This document shows positions 7,198-15,367 of a DNA stretch of 17,564 bases, piece after piece. Every line of letters begins with the position of its first letter. The first letter of the stretch is position 1. The notes beneath the pieces were generated by a model. That model made no database searches, was not told where the DNA came from, and saw nothing but the letters and a program-made list of their open reading frames with translations. Source of the DNA: Elusimicrobiota bacterium (GTDB lineage Bacteria; Elusimicrobiota; Elusimicrobia; UBA1565; JACRDR01); the NCBI GenBank assembly GCA_041694815.1, contig JBGFSC010000053.1, positions 1 to 17,564 on the forward strand, given 5' to 3'. The position numbers were made by a program, and so were the translations under genes.

Positions 7198-7848
7198 TCA
7201 CCCGCCGCGGGTGCGGTCCTGGACGGAGTACCACGCCAGGGCGTCGGAGAGATGCTGCTCCTCGAAGTCCGGCCAATAATCATCGACGACGAAGAAATCG
7301 GAATAGACGGACTGGATAGGCAGAAACCCGCTGAGCCTCCGGCCGCCGCCCCAACGGATGATGAGATCGAGCGGCGGAATGTCGGCCGTCCGGTGCAATC
7401 CGGTGCGGATGCCCTCCAAGTCCCATTCCCATCCGTAATTGACCAGTAAATGGACGGTCGGGCCCTTGCCTCCGCGGCCCGCGTAGCCACGCAGCCGCTC
7501 CGGGAACACGGGCGAATCCTCGTCGCCCACGACGCGCACGCGAGCGTCCTCCGCCTCCAGTCTCTCGACCATGTCGACGCAGGCCGCCTTGAAGGACTGG
7601 ACCTGGATGGCCGGGCGCTTGACGTTGTCCTTCGTGAAGCCGTAGACGGAGATATCCTCGATCCCCAGCTCGCGGCAGGCGCGGTAGAGCCGGATGCCGG
7701 GCTCGATGCCGAAGCCGTAGCCGTCGTGCCGGGGCCGGCCCGATCTCTGCGCCCATCGGCGGTTCCCATCGGGAATCACGCCTAGATGGCGGGGAAGGCG
7801 CAATTGCTTGGGGCGGACGCTGGGCCACTCGAGGACTTCGGCGTTCAT
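7198..7848 (-). CDS. Short cis-prenyltransferase (UppS-family homolog)
   Basis: 216 aa; HLGVIPDGNRRWA, YGFTKDN.KRP, NYG, DLIIRWGG..RLSGFLPIQS.Y, YWPDF. Confidence 0.92.
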   Translation of the reverse strand: MNAEVLEWPSVRPKQLRLPRHLGVIPDGNRRWAQRSGRPRHDGYGFGIEPGIRLYRACRELGIEDISVYGFTKDNVKRPAIQVQSFKAACVDMVERLEAEDARVRVVGDEDSPVFPERLRGYAGRGGKGPTVHLLVNYGWEWDLEGIRTGLHRTADIPPLDLIIRWGGGRRLSGFLPIQSVYSDFFVVDDYWPDFEEQHLSDALAWYSVQDRTRGG

Positions 7849-7943
7849 AGAAATGGCGTTCCATACTACGTTGCGCCGGGGGGTTTGGGGAATCGAATCG
7901 GGGTAAACCTTTTGCGACGAGGCTGCGACGCATCGCCGCTTAT

Positions 7944-7952
7944 TGGTACACT
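7944..7952 (+). promoter_or_regulatory. Extended -10 promoter of a probable leaderless transcript
   Basis: TGgTACACT ending 7 nt before GTG 7960; no SD. Confidence 0.55.
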
Positions 7953-7959
7953 CGCCTGT

Positions 7960-9657
7960 GTGAAGCGCCTGCTGCTGCCCAGCCTGCTATGTTTTGGCGG
8001 CCTGTTCCTGCGCCTGCACCAGCCCGCGCTATGGCAAGACGAGGCCGAGACGGCGCTCTTGGGCTTGAGCGTCCTGGCGCACGGCACCCCCAAGGCCGAG
8101 CTCGCGGGCAGCGCCATCACCGTGGAGCCCACCCTGCGCCGGCATGAGACGGACAGTCATGGAAACTTCATCTGGAACACCTGGCTTCCCTATTACCTGG
8201 CCGCCGGCTCCATGGCGCTTTTCGGCGCCAACGCCTGGGCCGCGCGCTTGCCATTCGCGCTACTGGCCTTCCTCGGCTATCTCCTGATGCTTTCTCTTCT
8301 CGGCGGCCGGCGCGAAGAAGATGAAAGAGCCCTCGAATATTCGGCCTGGTGGCTGGCCTGCTCCGTCCCCTGGCTACTCTTCATGCGCCAATGCCGATAC
8401 TACAGCCTCGTCGCCTTCGGCGCGCTGGCGGCCGTGTGGTCCTACCGCGCGCTGCTCGAGGGTCGCCGCGGGGCCGCGGCCTTGCTGGTCGCCTCCCTTC
8501 TCTTGCTGCTTCACAGCTCCTTCGCCTACGGCCCCATCGTACTCGCCGCGCTCTGCGCCGACGCCTGCCTGCGCCGGGAAGAAAGCACGTTTCAAAAGCG
8601 GTTCTGGCCGGCGGTAGCTATCCTTGTCCTACTGGCGATTCCGACGGCTCTGCATTTCCGCATCTGGTCAAGACCGGGCATACACGCCTACGCCCCGATA
8701 GAATCTTTGAGATTTTTACGCACCTTTCTGTCTTGGCTCTCGCGCTTCGCACTGCCGTTGCCTCTGCTGCTGGCCATCCTTTGGGCCGTCTTTAAGGACC
8801 GGACGCGGAACCCCCGCAGCCTGGCTGCGATCTTGGCGGCTGGCTGGCTGGTGGTCCAAGTGATCCTCGATGGCGAGGGGTTATGGGCGGACGCGGGGTC
8901 CGCCCTGCTGCTCGCCGGCATCGGCGCGACGGCCCTATCGATTCCCGCCGCGGCCGGAGAGCTCTCTTTAGGCCGCATAAGCGCGTTTCTTTGCGTCTGC
9001 GCCCTCGCCGTGCTGTCATGGTCCGCCGCCGAGCCGTATGGGCGCTACCTCGTCATCCTGCTGCCCTTTCTCTGCGCCGCGGGCGGAGCCTGGGTCGCCC
9101 GTCTGACCACCTCGCGCCTTCAAGGCGCGGCCCTGCTGGCGCTTTTGCTCGGAGGAAATCTTCTGGCCGTTCTTGGCGGCCGGGCCGCGGCGCTGGTCTT
9201 CACGAGCCCGCTAGAGGAGTCGGTCTCGGGAATGATGCGCCGGCGCATCAAGGACCTGCCGGTCCGATCCGAGCTCTGGCTGTTCTGGAGGCAATTGCTC
9301 GAGGGACGCCGCGGCTACGTCGAGCCGATCGGCGACCATCTATTGGCCTTTGGGAAGCCCAACGACACCTTTTTCTCCGACGCGGACAATCTGAGCCTGC
9401 TGTTCTACACCCGCCGCCGTGCCCTTCTGGCGGAGCAGCTAGGCTCCGAGCCTCCGGACTGGATCATCCCGTCCCCCTGGCTGATGCTCGACCCGCCCTC
9501 GCTTGCCGCGGTCCAATCCAGGCTGAAGAGGAGCCGATACGATCCGGTCGAGCTCTCCGCTCCCGCCACGCTGTGGCAGGACAATCCCGATATCCTGTTC
9601 CATTCCTTCCGGCCCAGGAGCGCTCCCCGGCTCATCTACCGCCTCCGCTCGATTTAG
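7960..9657 (+). CDS. ArnT/PMT-like GT-C membrane glycosyltransferase
   Basis: Start revised to GTG 7960 (MKRLLLP...), removing overlap with the prenyltransferase; LRL...LWQDEA, ARLPFAL, R.YSL, RYL motifs; many TM helices. Confidence 0.82.
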   Translation: MKRLLLPSLLCFGGLFLRLHQPALWQDEAETALLGLSVLAHGTPKAELAGSAITVEPTLRRHETDSHGNFIWNTWLPYYLAAGSMALFGANAWAARLPFALLAFLGYLLMLSLLGGRREEDERALEYSAWWLACSVPWLLFMRQCRYYSLVAFGALAAVWSYRALLEGRRGAAALLVASLLLLLHSSFAYGPIVLAALCADACLRREESTFQKRFWPAVAILVLLAIPTALHFRIWSRPGIHAYAPIESLRFLRTFLSWLSRFALPLPLLLAILWAVFKDRTRNPRSLAAILAAGWLVVQVILDGEGLWADAGSALLLAGIGATALSIPAAAGELSLGRISAFLCVCALAVLSWSAAEPYGRYLVILLPFLCAAGGAWVARLTTSRLQGAALLALLLGGNLLAVLGGRAAALVFTSPLEESVSGMMRRRIKDLPVRSELWLFWRQLLEGRRGYVEPIGDHLLAFGKPNDTFFSDADNLSLLFYTRRRALLAEQLGSEPPDWIIPSPWLMLDPPSLAAVQSRLKRSRYDPVELSAPATLWQDNPDILFHSFRPRSAPRLIYRLRSI

Positions 9658-9671
9658 CTACAATAGGGCGG

Positions 9672-10829
9672 ATGAAGTTCTTGATCCTGGGCAGCGGCAT
9701 GCAGGGGCGCGCCTGCGCATTCGACCTGCTGCGCAATCCAAAAACCGAATCCGTCTTGTTGGCCGACATCTCGGAGGAGAACCTTGCGGACGCCAAGGCG
9801 TTATTACGTTCCAAGAAGGTCGAGACCGTCCGAGCCGCAGCCTCCGATCTCGGCTCCATCAAGCGGCTGGCCCAAGGCCGCTCGGCGATGATCAGCGCCG
9901 TACCGTACTCCTTCAACCTCGAGCTCGCCAAGGCCGCCGTTGCCGCCAAGACCCATTTCATCGACCTAGGGGGCAACACCGACATCGTGCGCAAGGAGCT
10001 GGCCCTACACGCCGCGGCCAAGAAAGCGGGGGTCTCCATTCTGCCGGATATCGGTCTGGGACCGGGCCTGACGACCACCCTAGCCGTGCACGGCATCTCG
10101 CAGCTCGACGAAACGCACGAGGTGCTCATCCGAGATGGGGGCTTGCCGCAGAAGCCCCGTCCGCCGCTCAACTACCTGCTCACCTTCTCCGAGGAGGGCC
10201 TCATCAACGAGTACGTCGAGAACGCCACGGCGCTGCGCGGAGGAAAACGGGTGGAGCTACCGGGGCTCTCGGAGATCGAGACGATCGACCTGCCGCCACC
10301 CCTAGGCCGTTGCGAAGCCGCCCACGCGGCCGGCGGGCTCTCCACGCTGGCTTGGACCTACGAGGGCAAGATCGACCGGATGGACTGCAAGCTTATCCGC
10401 TATCCGGGGCATTGCCGGATCGTCAACGCCTTAAGGGAGATCGGCTTTTTCGGGGAAGAGAGGATATCCGTCGACGGCTGCGCCCTATCTCCCAGGGAAT
10501 TGAGCGCCCGGCTCCTACGCCGGTACCTGGAGCGCCCCGGGGAGAAGGATTTCGTCGTCATTCACACCGTCGTGCGCGGCGTCAAGGACGGCAGGCGTGC
10601 CGAGATCATCTACGACATGCTCGACCGCTATGACGACATAAATAAGATGACGGCCATGGCCCGGACCACGGGATTTCCCGTCGCGATCGTCGCCCAGATG
10701 TTGGCCAACGGCGAAATCGACAAGCCCGGGGCCTACCCCGTCGAGACGGGGATTCCCCCGGAGCCGTTCCTCCGCCATATGCGCCGGCGTGGCTTCGACA
10801 TTTCCTGGAAACTTCGCTTGCTCCCATGA
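9672..10829 (+). CDS. Saccharopine dehydrogenase family NAD(P)-dependent oxidoreductase
   Basis: Start revised to ATG 9672; Rossmann LILGSGMQG, FIDLGG, GLGPGL, GGLP..P.PPLNY...FS.EGLINEY, IRYPGH, AMARTTG. Confidence 0.92.
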   Translation: MKFLILGSGMQGRACAFDLLRNPKTESVLLADISEENLADAKALLRSKKVETVRAAASDLGSIKRLAQGRSAMISAVPYSFNLELAKAAVAAKTHFIDLGGNTDIVRKELALHAAAKKAGVSILPDIGLGPGLTTTLAVHGISQLDETHEVLIRDGGLPQKPRPPLNYLLTFSEEGLINEYVENATALRGGKRVELPGLSEIETIDLPPPLGRCEAAHAAGGLSTLAWTYEGKIDRMDCKLIRYPGHCRIVNALREIGFFGEERISVDGCALSPRELSARLLRRYLERPGEKDFVVIHTVVRGVKDGRRAEIIYDMLDRYDDINKMTAMARTTGFPVAIVAQMLANGEIDKPGAYPVETGIPPEPFLRHMRRRGFDISWKLRLLP

Positions 10830-11758
10830 GCGCACCCCGCGTCGTCTCCCTCATCGCCAGCAGCACCGAGATTGTCTGCGCGCTCGGCTTCGAGGACGCC
10901 TTGGTAGGACGCTCGCATGAGTGCGATTTCCCGCCGGCGGTGCGCGGCCTGCCGGCCTGCACCGAGCCGCGCATCGACGTCGAGGCCTCCAGCGCACGCA
11001 TCGACGAGGAGGTCAAGTCCTTCCTTAAGTCCTCACTTTCCGTTTACAGGGTCGACGCCGAGCGGCTCAGGGGGCTCAAGCCCGACGTGGTCATTACGCA
11101 GAGCCATTGCGAGGTGTGCGCGGTAAGCCTCAAGGACGTGGAGCGCTCCCTCGGAGCCGAATGGGGCTTTTCCCCAACGGTAGTTTCCCTCACGCCCAAT
11201 TCCCTCCCGGACATCTGGCGGGACATCCACCGCGTCGCCGAGGCCCTGGGCGAGCCCCGCCGGGGCGAAGCCCTCGTCGAGTCCCTGAAGGCCCGCATGG
11301 ACGCGGTGGCGCGCGGCGCCCGTGGCCTAGACAAGCCCCGCACGGCCTGCGTCGAATGGATCGAGCCGCTCATGGCGGCGGGGAACTGGATGCCGGAATT
11401 AGTCGAGCTCGCCGGAGGCGCGCCCCTGTTCGGCAAGCCCGGCGCCCATTCGCCCTCCATGGGTTATGCGGAATTTAAGGCCACCGATCCGGACGTCGTC
11501 ATCGTAATGCCCTGCGGCTTCGACCTGGACCGTACGCGCCGGGAGATGCCGGCGTTGAGCTCGCAGCCAGGATTTTCGGGCCTCCGGGCGGTCCGCCAGG
11601 GCCGCGTCTGCCTCGCGGACGGCAACCAATACTTCAACCGTCCCGGCCCGCGGCTGGCCGAGTCGCTCGAGATACTCGCCGAAATCCTGCATCCGGAGAA
11701 GTTCCAATTCGGCCATCAAGGAAAGGCCTGGGAAAAATACCATGTGGAAAGTCTTTGA
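10826..11758 (+). CDS. BtuF/cobalamin-binding-like helical-backbone protein lacking a signal peptide
   Basis: [54 protein letters not shown] overlap with the upstream gene. Confidence 0.88.
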   Translation: MSAPRVVSLIASSTEIVCALGFEDALVGRSHECDFPPAVRGLPACTEPRIDVEASSARIDEEVKSFLKSSLSVYRVDAERLRGLKPDVVITQSHCEVCAVSLKDVERSLGAEWGFSPTVVSLTPNSLPDIWRDIHRVAEALGEPRRGEALVESLKARMDAVARGARGLDKPRTACVEWIEPLMAAGNWMPELVELAGGAPLFGKPGAHSPSMGYAEFKATDPDVVIVMPCGFDLDRTRREMPALSSQPGFSGLRAVRQGRVCLADGNQYFNRPGPRLAESLEILAEILHPEKFQFGHQGKAWEKYHVESL

Positions 11759-12116
11759 AAAACTCAAGACCAAGATAACCGGCGCCGAGGGCGCCAAGCC
11801 TCCCACCGGTGGGCTCGAGGAGCTCGAGAAGAGCGGGATGATGGGCCAGTTCTTCCGGCATTGGAAGAACCCAGCCTTCCTTAAGCAGGCGCGCGCCTTG
11901 GCCGCCCGGATGCAGGCCGAGGGGATCAATCTCAAGGACGCCAAGGCCGTGCAGGACTGGCTGGCGGCGCATAAAAAGGAAGTCGAGTCCGGAGCCATCT
12001 CCGAGGAAGGAGCCGCCAAGCCCCAGACCTTCGTCAAGACGGGTCCGGACGTGGGCCGCAACGACCCATGCCCCTGCGGCAGCGGTAAGAAGCACAAGAA
12101 ATGCTGCGGCAAATGA
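11742..12116 (+). CDS. SEC-C motif-containing protein
   Basis: C-terminal [19 protein letters not shown]; small helical N-terminal domain. Confidence 0.85.
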   Translation: MWKVFEKLKTKITGAEGAKPPTGGLEELEKSGMMGQFFRHWKNPAFLKQARALAARMQAEGINLKDAKAVQDWLAAHKKEVESGAISEEGAAKPQTFVKTGPDVGRNDPCPCGSGKKHKKCCGK

Positions 12117-12964
12117 ACCGGGTCCAGCTGGGAGGCTTTGAGATCTTCCTGCTCAGCGACGGTAGTTTCCGCCTGGACGGGGGGGCTATGTTCGGCGTGG
12201 TGCCCCGCACGCTCTGGGAGCGTACGGACCCGCCGGATGAGCGCAACCGCATCCCGCTGGCCTTGGGATGCCTTCTGATCCGCACCCCCAAGGGGCGCCG
12301 CGTGCTCGTGGACACGGGGCTTTCGTCCAAGTACGACGCCAACCCCAAGTTCTTGAAGACGTATGCCGTCGACCGCTCGCGCACCCTACGCCACGATTTG
12401 GCGGCCCTAGGGGTCTCCCCCGACGACATCGATCTCGTCGTCAACACCCACCTGCATTTCGATCATGCGGGAGGCGACACCGAGATCGACTCCGCCGGAA
12501 AGGTCGTCTTGCAGTTCCCAAAGGCCCGCTACGTTATCCAAAAAGAGGAATGGGAAGACGCGCAAGCGCCACACGAACGCAATAGGGCTTCCTACCTTCC
12601 CGAAAACTTCGAGCCGCTCGACGATTTCAAGGCATTGGAGCTGGTCTCCGGCGAATTCGAGATCGAGCCGGGACTCAAGGTGCTGCGCTCGGGAGGACAT
12701 ACGCGGGGGCATCAGTGCGTGATGATCGAGTCGGAAGGCCGCAAGGCCGTCTATTTCGGGGATTTGATCCCCACCATGTCGCATGTCCCCCTACCCTATA
12801 TCATGGGTTATGACCTCTACCCCGTCCACACTTTAGAGGCCAAGCGGGGGCTATTGGAGCGAGCCCTCAAGGAGAACTGGCTGCTCCTGTTCCAGCATGA
12901 TCCAAGGCACAGGATCGGGATATTGGAGCAGGTGGAGGGGCGGACGGTGGTGCGGCCGGCTTAG
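12113..12964 (+). CDS. MBL-fold metallo-hydrolase (YtnP/AHL-lactonase-like)
   Basis: [48 protein letters not shown] 12113 overlaps the upstream stop (ATGA). Confidence 0.92.
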   Translation: MNRVQLGGFEIFLLSDGSFRLDGGAMFGVVPRTLWERTDPPDERNRIPLALGCLLIRTPKGRRVLVDTGLSSKYDANPKFLKTYAVDRSRTLRHDLAALGVSPDDIDLVVNTHLHFDHAGGDTEIDSAGKVVLQFPKARYVIQKEEWEDAQAPHERNRASYLPENFEPLDDFKALELVSGEFEIEPGLKVLRSGGHTRGHQCVMIESEGRKAVYFGDLIPTMSHVPLPYIMGYDLYPVHTLEAKRGLLERALKENWLLLFQHDPRHRIGILEQVEGRTVVRPA

Positions 12965-13314
12965 ACGGCCACGTCCTTTTCGATGCTCTCGAGCTGCCGG
13001 CGGCGGTGCAGGCGTTCCGCCTCCTCCTTGATGGAGGCCAGCTCGCGCTCGACGTGGCGCTCGATCCATCGGCGCAGCAGGGGACGCAGCGGCTTGAACG
13101 TGAACGGCAGCGGCACCTGTTCTTCATGCGTCAGCCAGGTCCCGCCGGTGATGGCCTTAAGGCTGAAGGTGCTAGAGATGGGTCTCAGGGGGCCGCGGAC
13201 GACCGTGCGCTCGTATCCACCTTGGCCGGCGGAGACTCGCGCGATGGTGCCCAAATATTCGCACACGCGCTCCTTGGGGGCGCTGACGAGGACCCTTCGG
13301 GTGATATGAATCAT
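12961..13314 (-). CDS. Short SRPBCC/polyketide-cyclase-like protein
   Basis: Start revised to ATG 13314 because the longer ORF runs through the tRNA; N-terminal V.AP.E.V..YL and C-terminal helix L..IK..AE; 117 aa. Confidence 0.6.
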   Translation of the reverse strand: MIHITRRVLVSAPKERVCEYLGTIARVSAGQGGYERTVVRGPLRPISSTFSLKAITGGTWLTHEEQVPLPFTFKPLRPLLRRWIERHVERELASIKEEAERLHRRRQLESIEKDVAV

Positions 13315-13320
13315 GGAATC

Positions 13321-13394
13321 TGGAGCGGGCGAGCGGAATCGAACCGCCGTCTCATCCTTGGCAAGGATGCATTCTACCATTGAACCACGCCCGC
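13321..13394 (-). tRNA. tRNA-Gly(GCC)
   Basis: GCGGGCG/CGCCCGC + TCCA; anticodon arm CATCC-TTGCCAA-GGATG; T-loop TTCGATT; 74 nt. Confidence 0.97.
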
Positions 13395-13403
13395 AACCTC
13401 GTC

Positions 13404-13412
13404 ATTATACCA
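13404..13412 (-). promoter_or_regulatory. Extended -10 promoter for tRNA-Gly
   Basis: TGgTATAAT on the minus strand ending 9 nt before the tRNA 5' end. Confidence 0.75.
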
Positions 13413-13413
13413 A

Positions 13414-14067
13414 ATGAGGGATAAGGACATCTCCCGGGTGGTCTCGATACTGCGGCGGGAAACAAAACGCTGGACGGTTCCGGCCGTTACCGAGGTGGCC
13501 GAAAGCCGGGACCCCTTCCTGGTCCTGGTCTCGACGCTGCTGAGCCTGCGGACCAGGGACCAGACGACGGCGGAGGCCTCCAAGCGCCTATTCCAGTTGG
13601 CGAAGACCCCGCGGCAGCTGCTGGACTTGGATGCAGCCGCCATCGAGAAGGCCATTTATCCAGTTGGCTTCTACCGGGTCAAGGCGCGCACGCTCCGCGC
13701 GATTTGCGGGGATCTGCTCGAACGCTTCCAAGGGCGTGTGCCCGATTCGATCGAGGAGCTCCTAACGCTCAAAGGGGTCGGGCGCAAGACCGCCAACCTG
13801 GTCGTGACCCTGGGCTTCGATAAGCCCGGCATCTGCGTGGATATACACGTGCACCGTATCTCCAACCGTCTCGGCTACGTCCGCACGAAGACGCCCGATG
13901 AGACCGAGAAGGCCCTGCGGGCGAAGCTGCCGCGCCGCTACTGGAACGAGTTCAACGACCTGCTCGTCACCTACGGCCAGAACCTCTGCCATCCCACCTC
14001 GCCGTGGTGCAGCCGCTGCCGGCTGTCCGCGTACTGCGCCCGCAGGGGTGTGGCACGCAGCCGCTAG
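13414..14067 (+). CDS. nth: Endonuclease III (HhH-GPD glycosylase, 4Fe-4S)
   Basis: DPF.VLVST.LS..T.D, GFYR.KA, L.GVGRKTANLV, VDIHVHRISNRLG, C-x6-C-x2-C-x5-C. Confidence 0.95.
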   Translation: MRDKDISRVVSILRRETKRWTVPAVTEVAESRDPFLVLVSTLLSLRTRDQTTAEASKRLFQLAKTPRQLLDLDAAAIEKAIYPVGFYRVKARTLRAICGDLLERFQGRVPDSIEELLTLKGVGRKTANLVVTLGFDKPGICVDIHVHRISNRLGYVRTKTPDETEKALRAKLPRRYWNEFNDLLVTYGQNLCHPTSPWCSRCRLSAYCARRGVARSR

Positions 14068-14237
14068 CGCGCGCCCTCCCCTTCCTTGGGACGGGGCGCG
14101 GGGCGGCGCCGGCGCGCGGGCTGCCTGGGTTCTCCCAGCTCGAGCTCCTCCTCTCCCTGGTCCTCCAAGCCTGCGAGCTCCTGCTCCATCAAGTCCTGGC
14201 GATCTCCCGGATTCGGGATCTTCTTGTTGCGGGGCAT
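14064..14237 (-). CDS. Small charged hypothetical protein (57 aa)
   Basis: Very strong SD AAAGGAGGTGATC before ATG 14237; acidic core, Arg/Pro-rich tail; 4-nt convergent overlap with nth. Confidence 0.7.
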   Translation of the reverse strand: MPRNKKIPNPGDRQDLMEQELAGLEDQGEEELELGEPRQPARRRRPAPRPKEGEGAR

Positions 14238-14379
14238 GGGGATCACCTCCTTTCGACGATAGGATATCCCGGAGCGGCGGCCGGAGCCATAATCGCGGCG
14301 TAACGATGTCATCGCCGCTGCGCGAAGAGTTTACCCCCTGTCCATGGGTCCCGCGCGGCGGGGGGCGTACAATGCCCGC

Positions 14380-14553
14380 ATGCTCCGCTGGGCGGTCATC
14401 TTCCTCGTCATCGCGATCGTGGCAGGGCTGTTCGGGCTCACCGGGGTCTCGGAGGCGGCCAGCAGCATCGCCAAAGGGCTCTTCACCCTGTTCCTGATCC
14501 TTTTCGCCCTGGCCCTGATCTTCGGGCTTTGGACCGGATCTAAGCTCGGATAG
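14380..14553 (+). CDS. DUF1328 (YtjA/UPF0391) small membrane protein
   Basis: MLRWAVIFLVIAIVAGLFG..G...A..IAK.LF signature; TACAAT 6 nt before ATG. Confidence 0.92.
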   Translation: MLRWAVIFLVIAIVAGLFGLTGVSEAASSIAKGLFTLFLILFALALIFGLWTGSKLG

Positions 14554-15367
14554 GCTTTCTCCCGACCACATCGAGCACGGTCGGCGATATGAATATGGAG
14601 CCGGGAGTCCGTTTGGCCCGCATCCATCCCGTTCGGAAGCGGGCCGCTTTCGTCGAGGTGAACGGCTTAAATTGCGCCATTTGATCCAAGTATCCGGTGA
14701 AATAAGCCTCCGCCCATTTCCAAACGTCGCTCTCGGGCCCCCCGACCTTGATATTGGGCGTCAAATCCACTAATTTTAGCCCCACCTTGCGGTATAGCTG
14801 CGGCAGGCGGCCGCCGACATTGACGTCCCCTCCCTGCGAAGCGAACCAGGCGGCGTCGGCCAGGATCAATTCCTTCCAATGCGGGAGCGGCGGGTAGACC
14901 GCCATGCTGGAGCGATGATAATCTTCGACGGCGAGCAGCCCGCCGGGCTTTAGCGCCCGCAGCAGCAGGCGCAAATGCGCCTCGACCTCTGGAATGAACA
15001 GAAATACCCAACGCGCGAAGATCAAATCGTACGCCGAGCTCGGCAGGGCGGCGGAGCGCAGATCCGCCTCGATGAGCCGGACATGGCTCAATCCGCGGCG
15101 GCGCATTTGGCTGCGCAGGAACGCGGCGTATTTCGGAGAGCGTTCGATCGCGTCGACGCGCCCTCCTCGGCCGCGGACCCGTTCGGCCAGGGGCAGCAAC
15201 ACCGAGCCGATCCCGGCGCCGACCTCAAGGCAATGCCAACCTGGACCGACCTTCAGGCGGTCGAAAAGCGCTTCCGTCATGCCCTCCCAAAGTCCGGCCT
15301 GAAAACGGAGGCGCCTCACCTCGAAGGACGAGGTCCCGAGTATGTAGCGGTACTTTCCCTGCTTCAA
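14540..15367 (-). CDS. Class I SAM-dependent methyltransferase
   Basis: Start revised to TTG 15367 (TTGA overlap with upstream stop); Y.LG....E..RL..Q, LEVGAGIG, YDLIFAR, LKPGGLL. Confidence 0.88.
   Translation of the reverse strand: MKQGKYRYILGTSSFEVRRLRFQAGLWEGMTEALFDRLKVGPGWHCLEVGAGIGSVLLPLAERVRGRGGRVDAIERSPKYAAFLRSQMRRRGLSHVRLIEADLRSAALPSSAYDLIFARWVFLFIPEVEAHLRLLLRALKPGGLLAVEDYHRSSMAVYPPLPHWKELILADAAWFASQGGDVNVGGRLPQLYRKVGLKLVDLTPNIKVGGPESDVWKWAEAYFTGYLDQMAQFKPFTSTKAARFRTGWMRAKRTPGSIFISPTVLDVVGRKPIRA

Noticed and set aside
1587..7933. Long antisense/alternate-frame ORFs (1587-2246, 5362-6099, 5960-6763, 7056-7769, 7280-7933)
   Set aside because: Typical high-GC shadow ORFs overlapping better-supported genes, with no motifs
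7786..7959. N-terminal extension of the GT-C ORF
   Set aside because: Overlaps the divergent prenyltransferase start; GTG 7960 fits better
8883..9671. 263-aa N-terminal extension of the dehydrogenase in the ORF track
   Set aside because: Alternative frame inside the GT-C gene; the Rossmann motif starts at ATG 9672 with its own -10
3059..10829. Polyamine pathway cluster from the SpeE-like and saccharopine-dehydrogenase-like genes
   Set aside because: Separate transcription units, no decarboxylase present, and substrate specificity cannot be read from sequence
13315..13380. ORF-track start of the SRPBCC-like gene inside tRNA-Gly
   Set aside because: The sequence is a complete tRNA; open frame is incidental
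7105..13394. Integrated element bounded by the two tRNAs
   Set aside because: No integrase, no duplicated tRNA 3' end seen, and content is core-like
14240..14254. GGATCACCTCCTTT resembling the 16S rRNA 3' end
   Set aside because: No flanking rRNA sequence; explained as the SD of the minus-strand small gene
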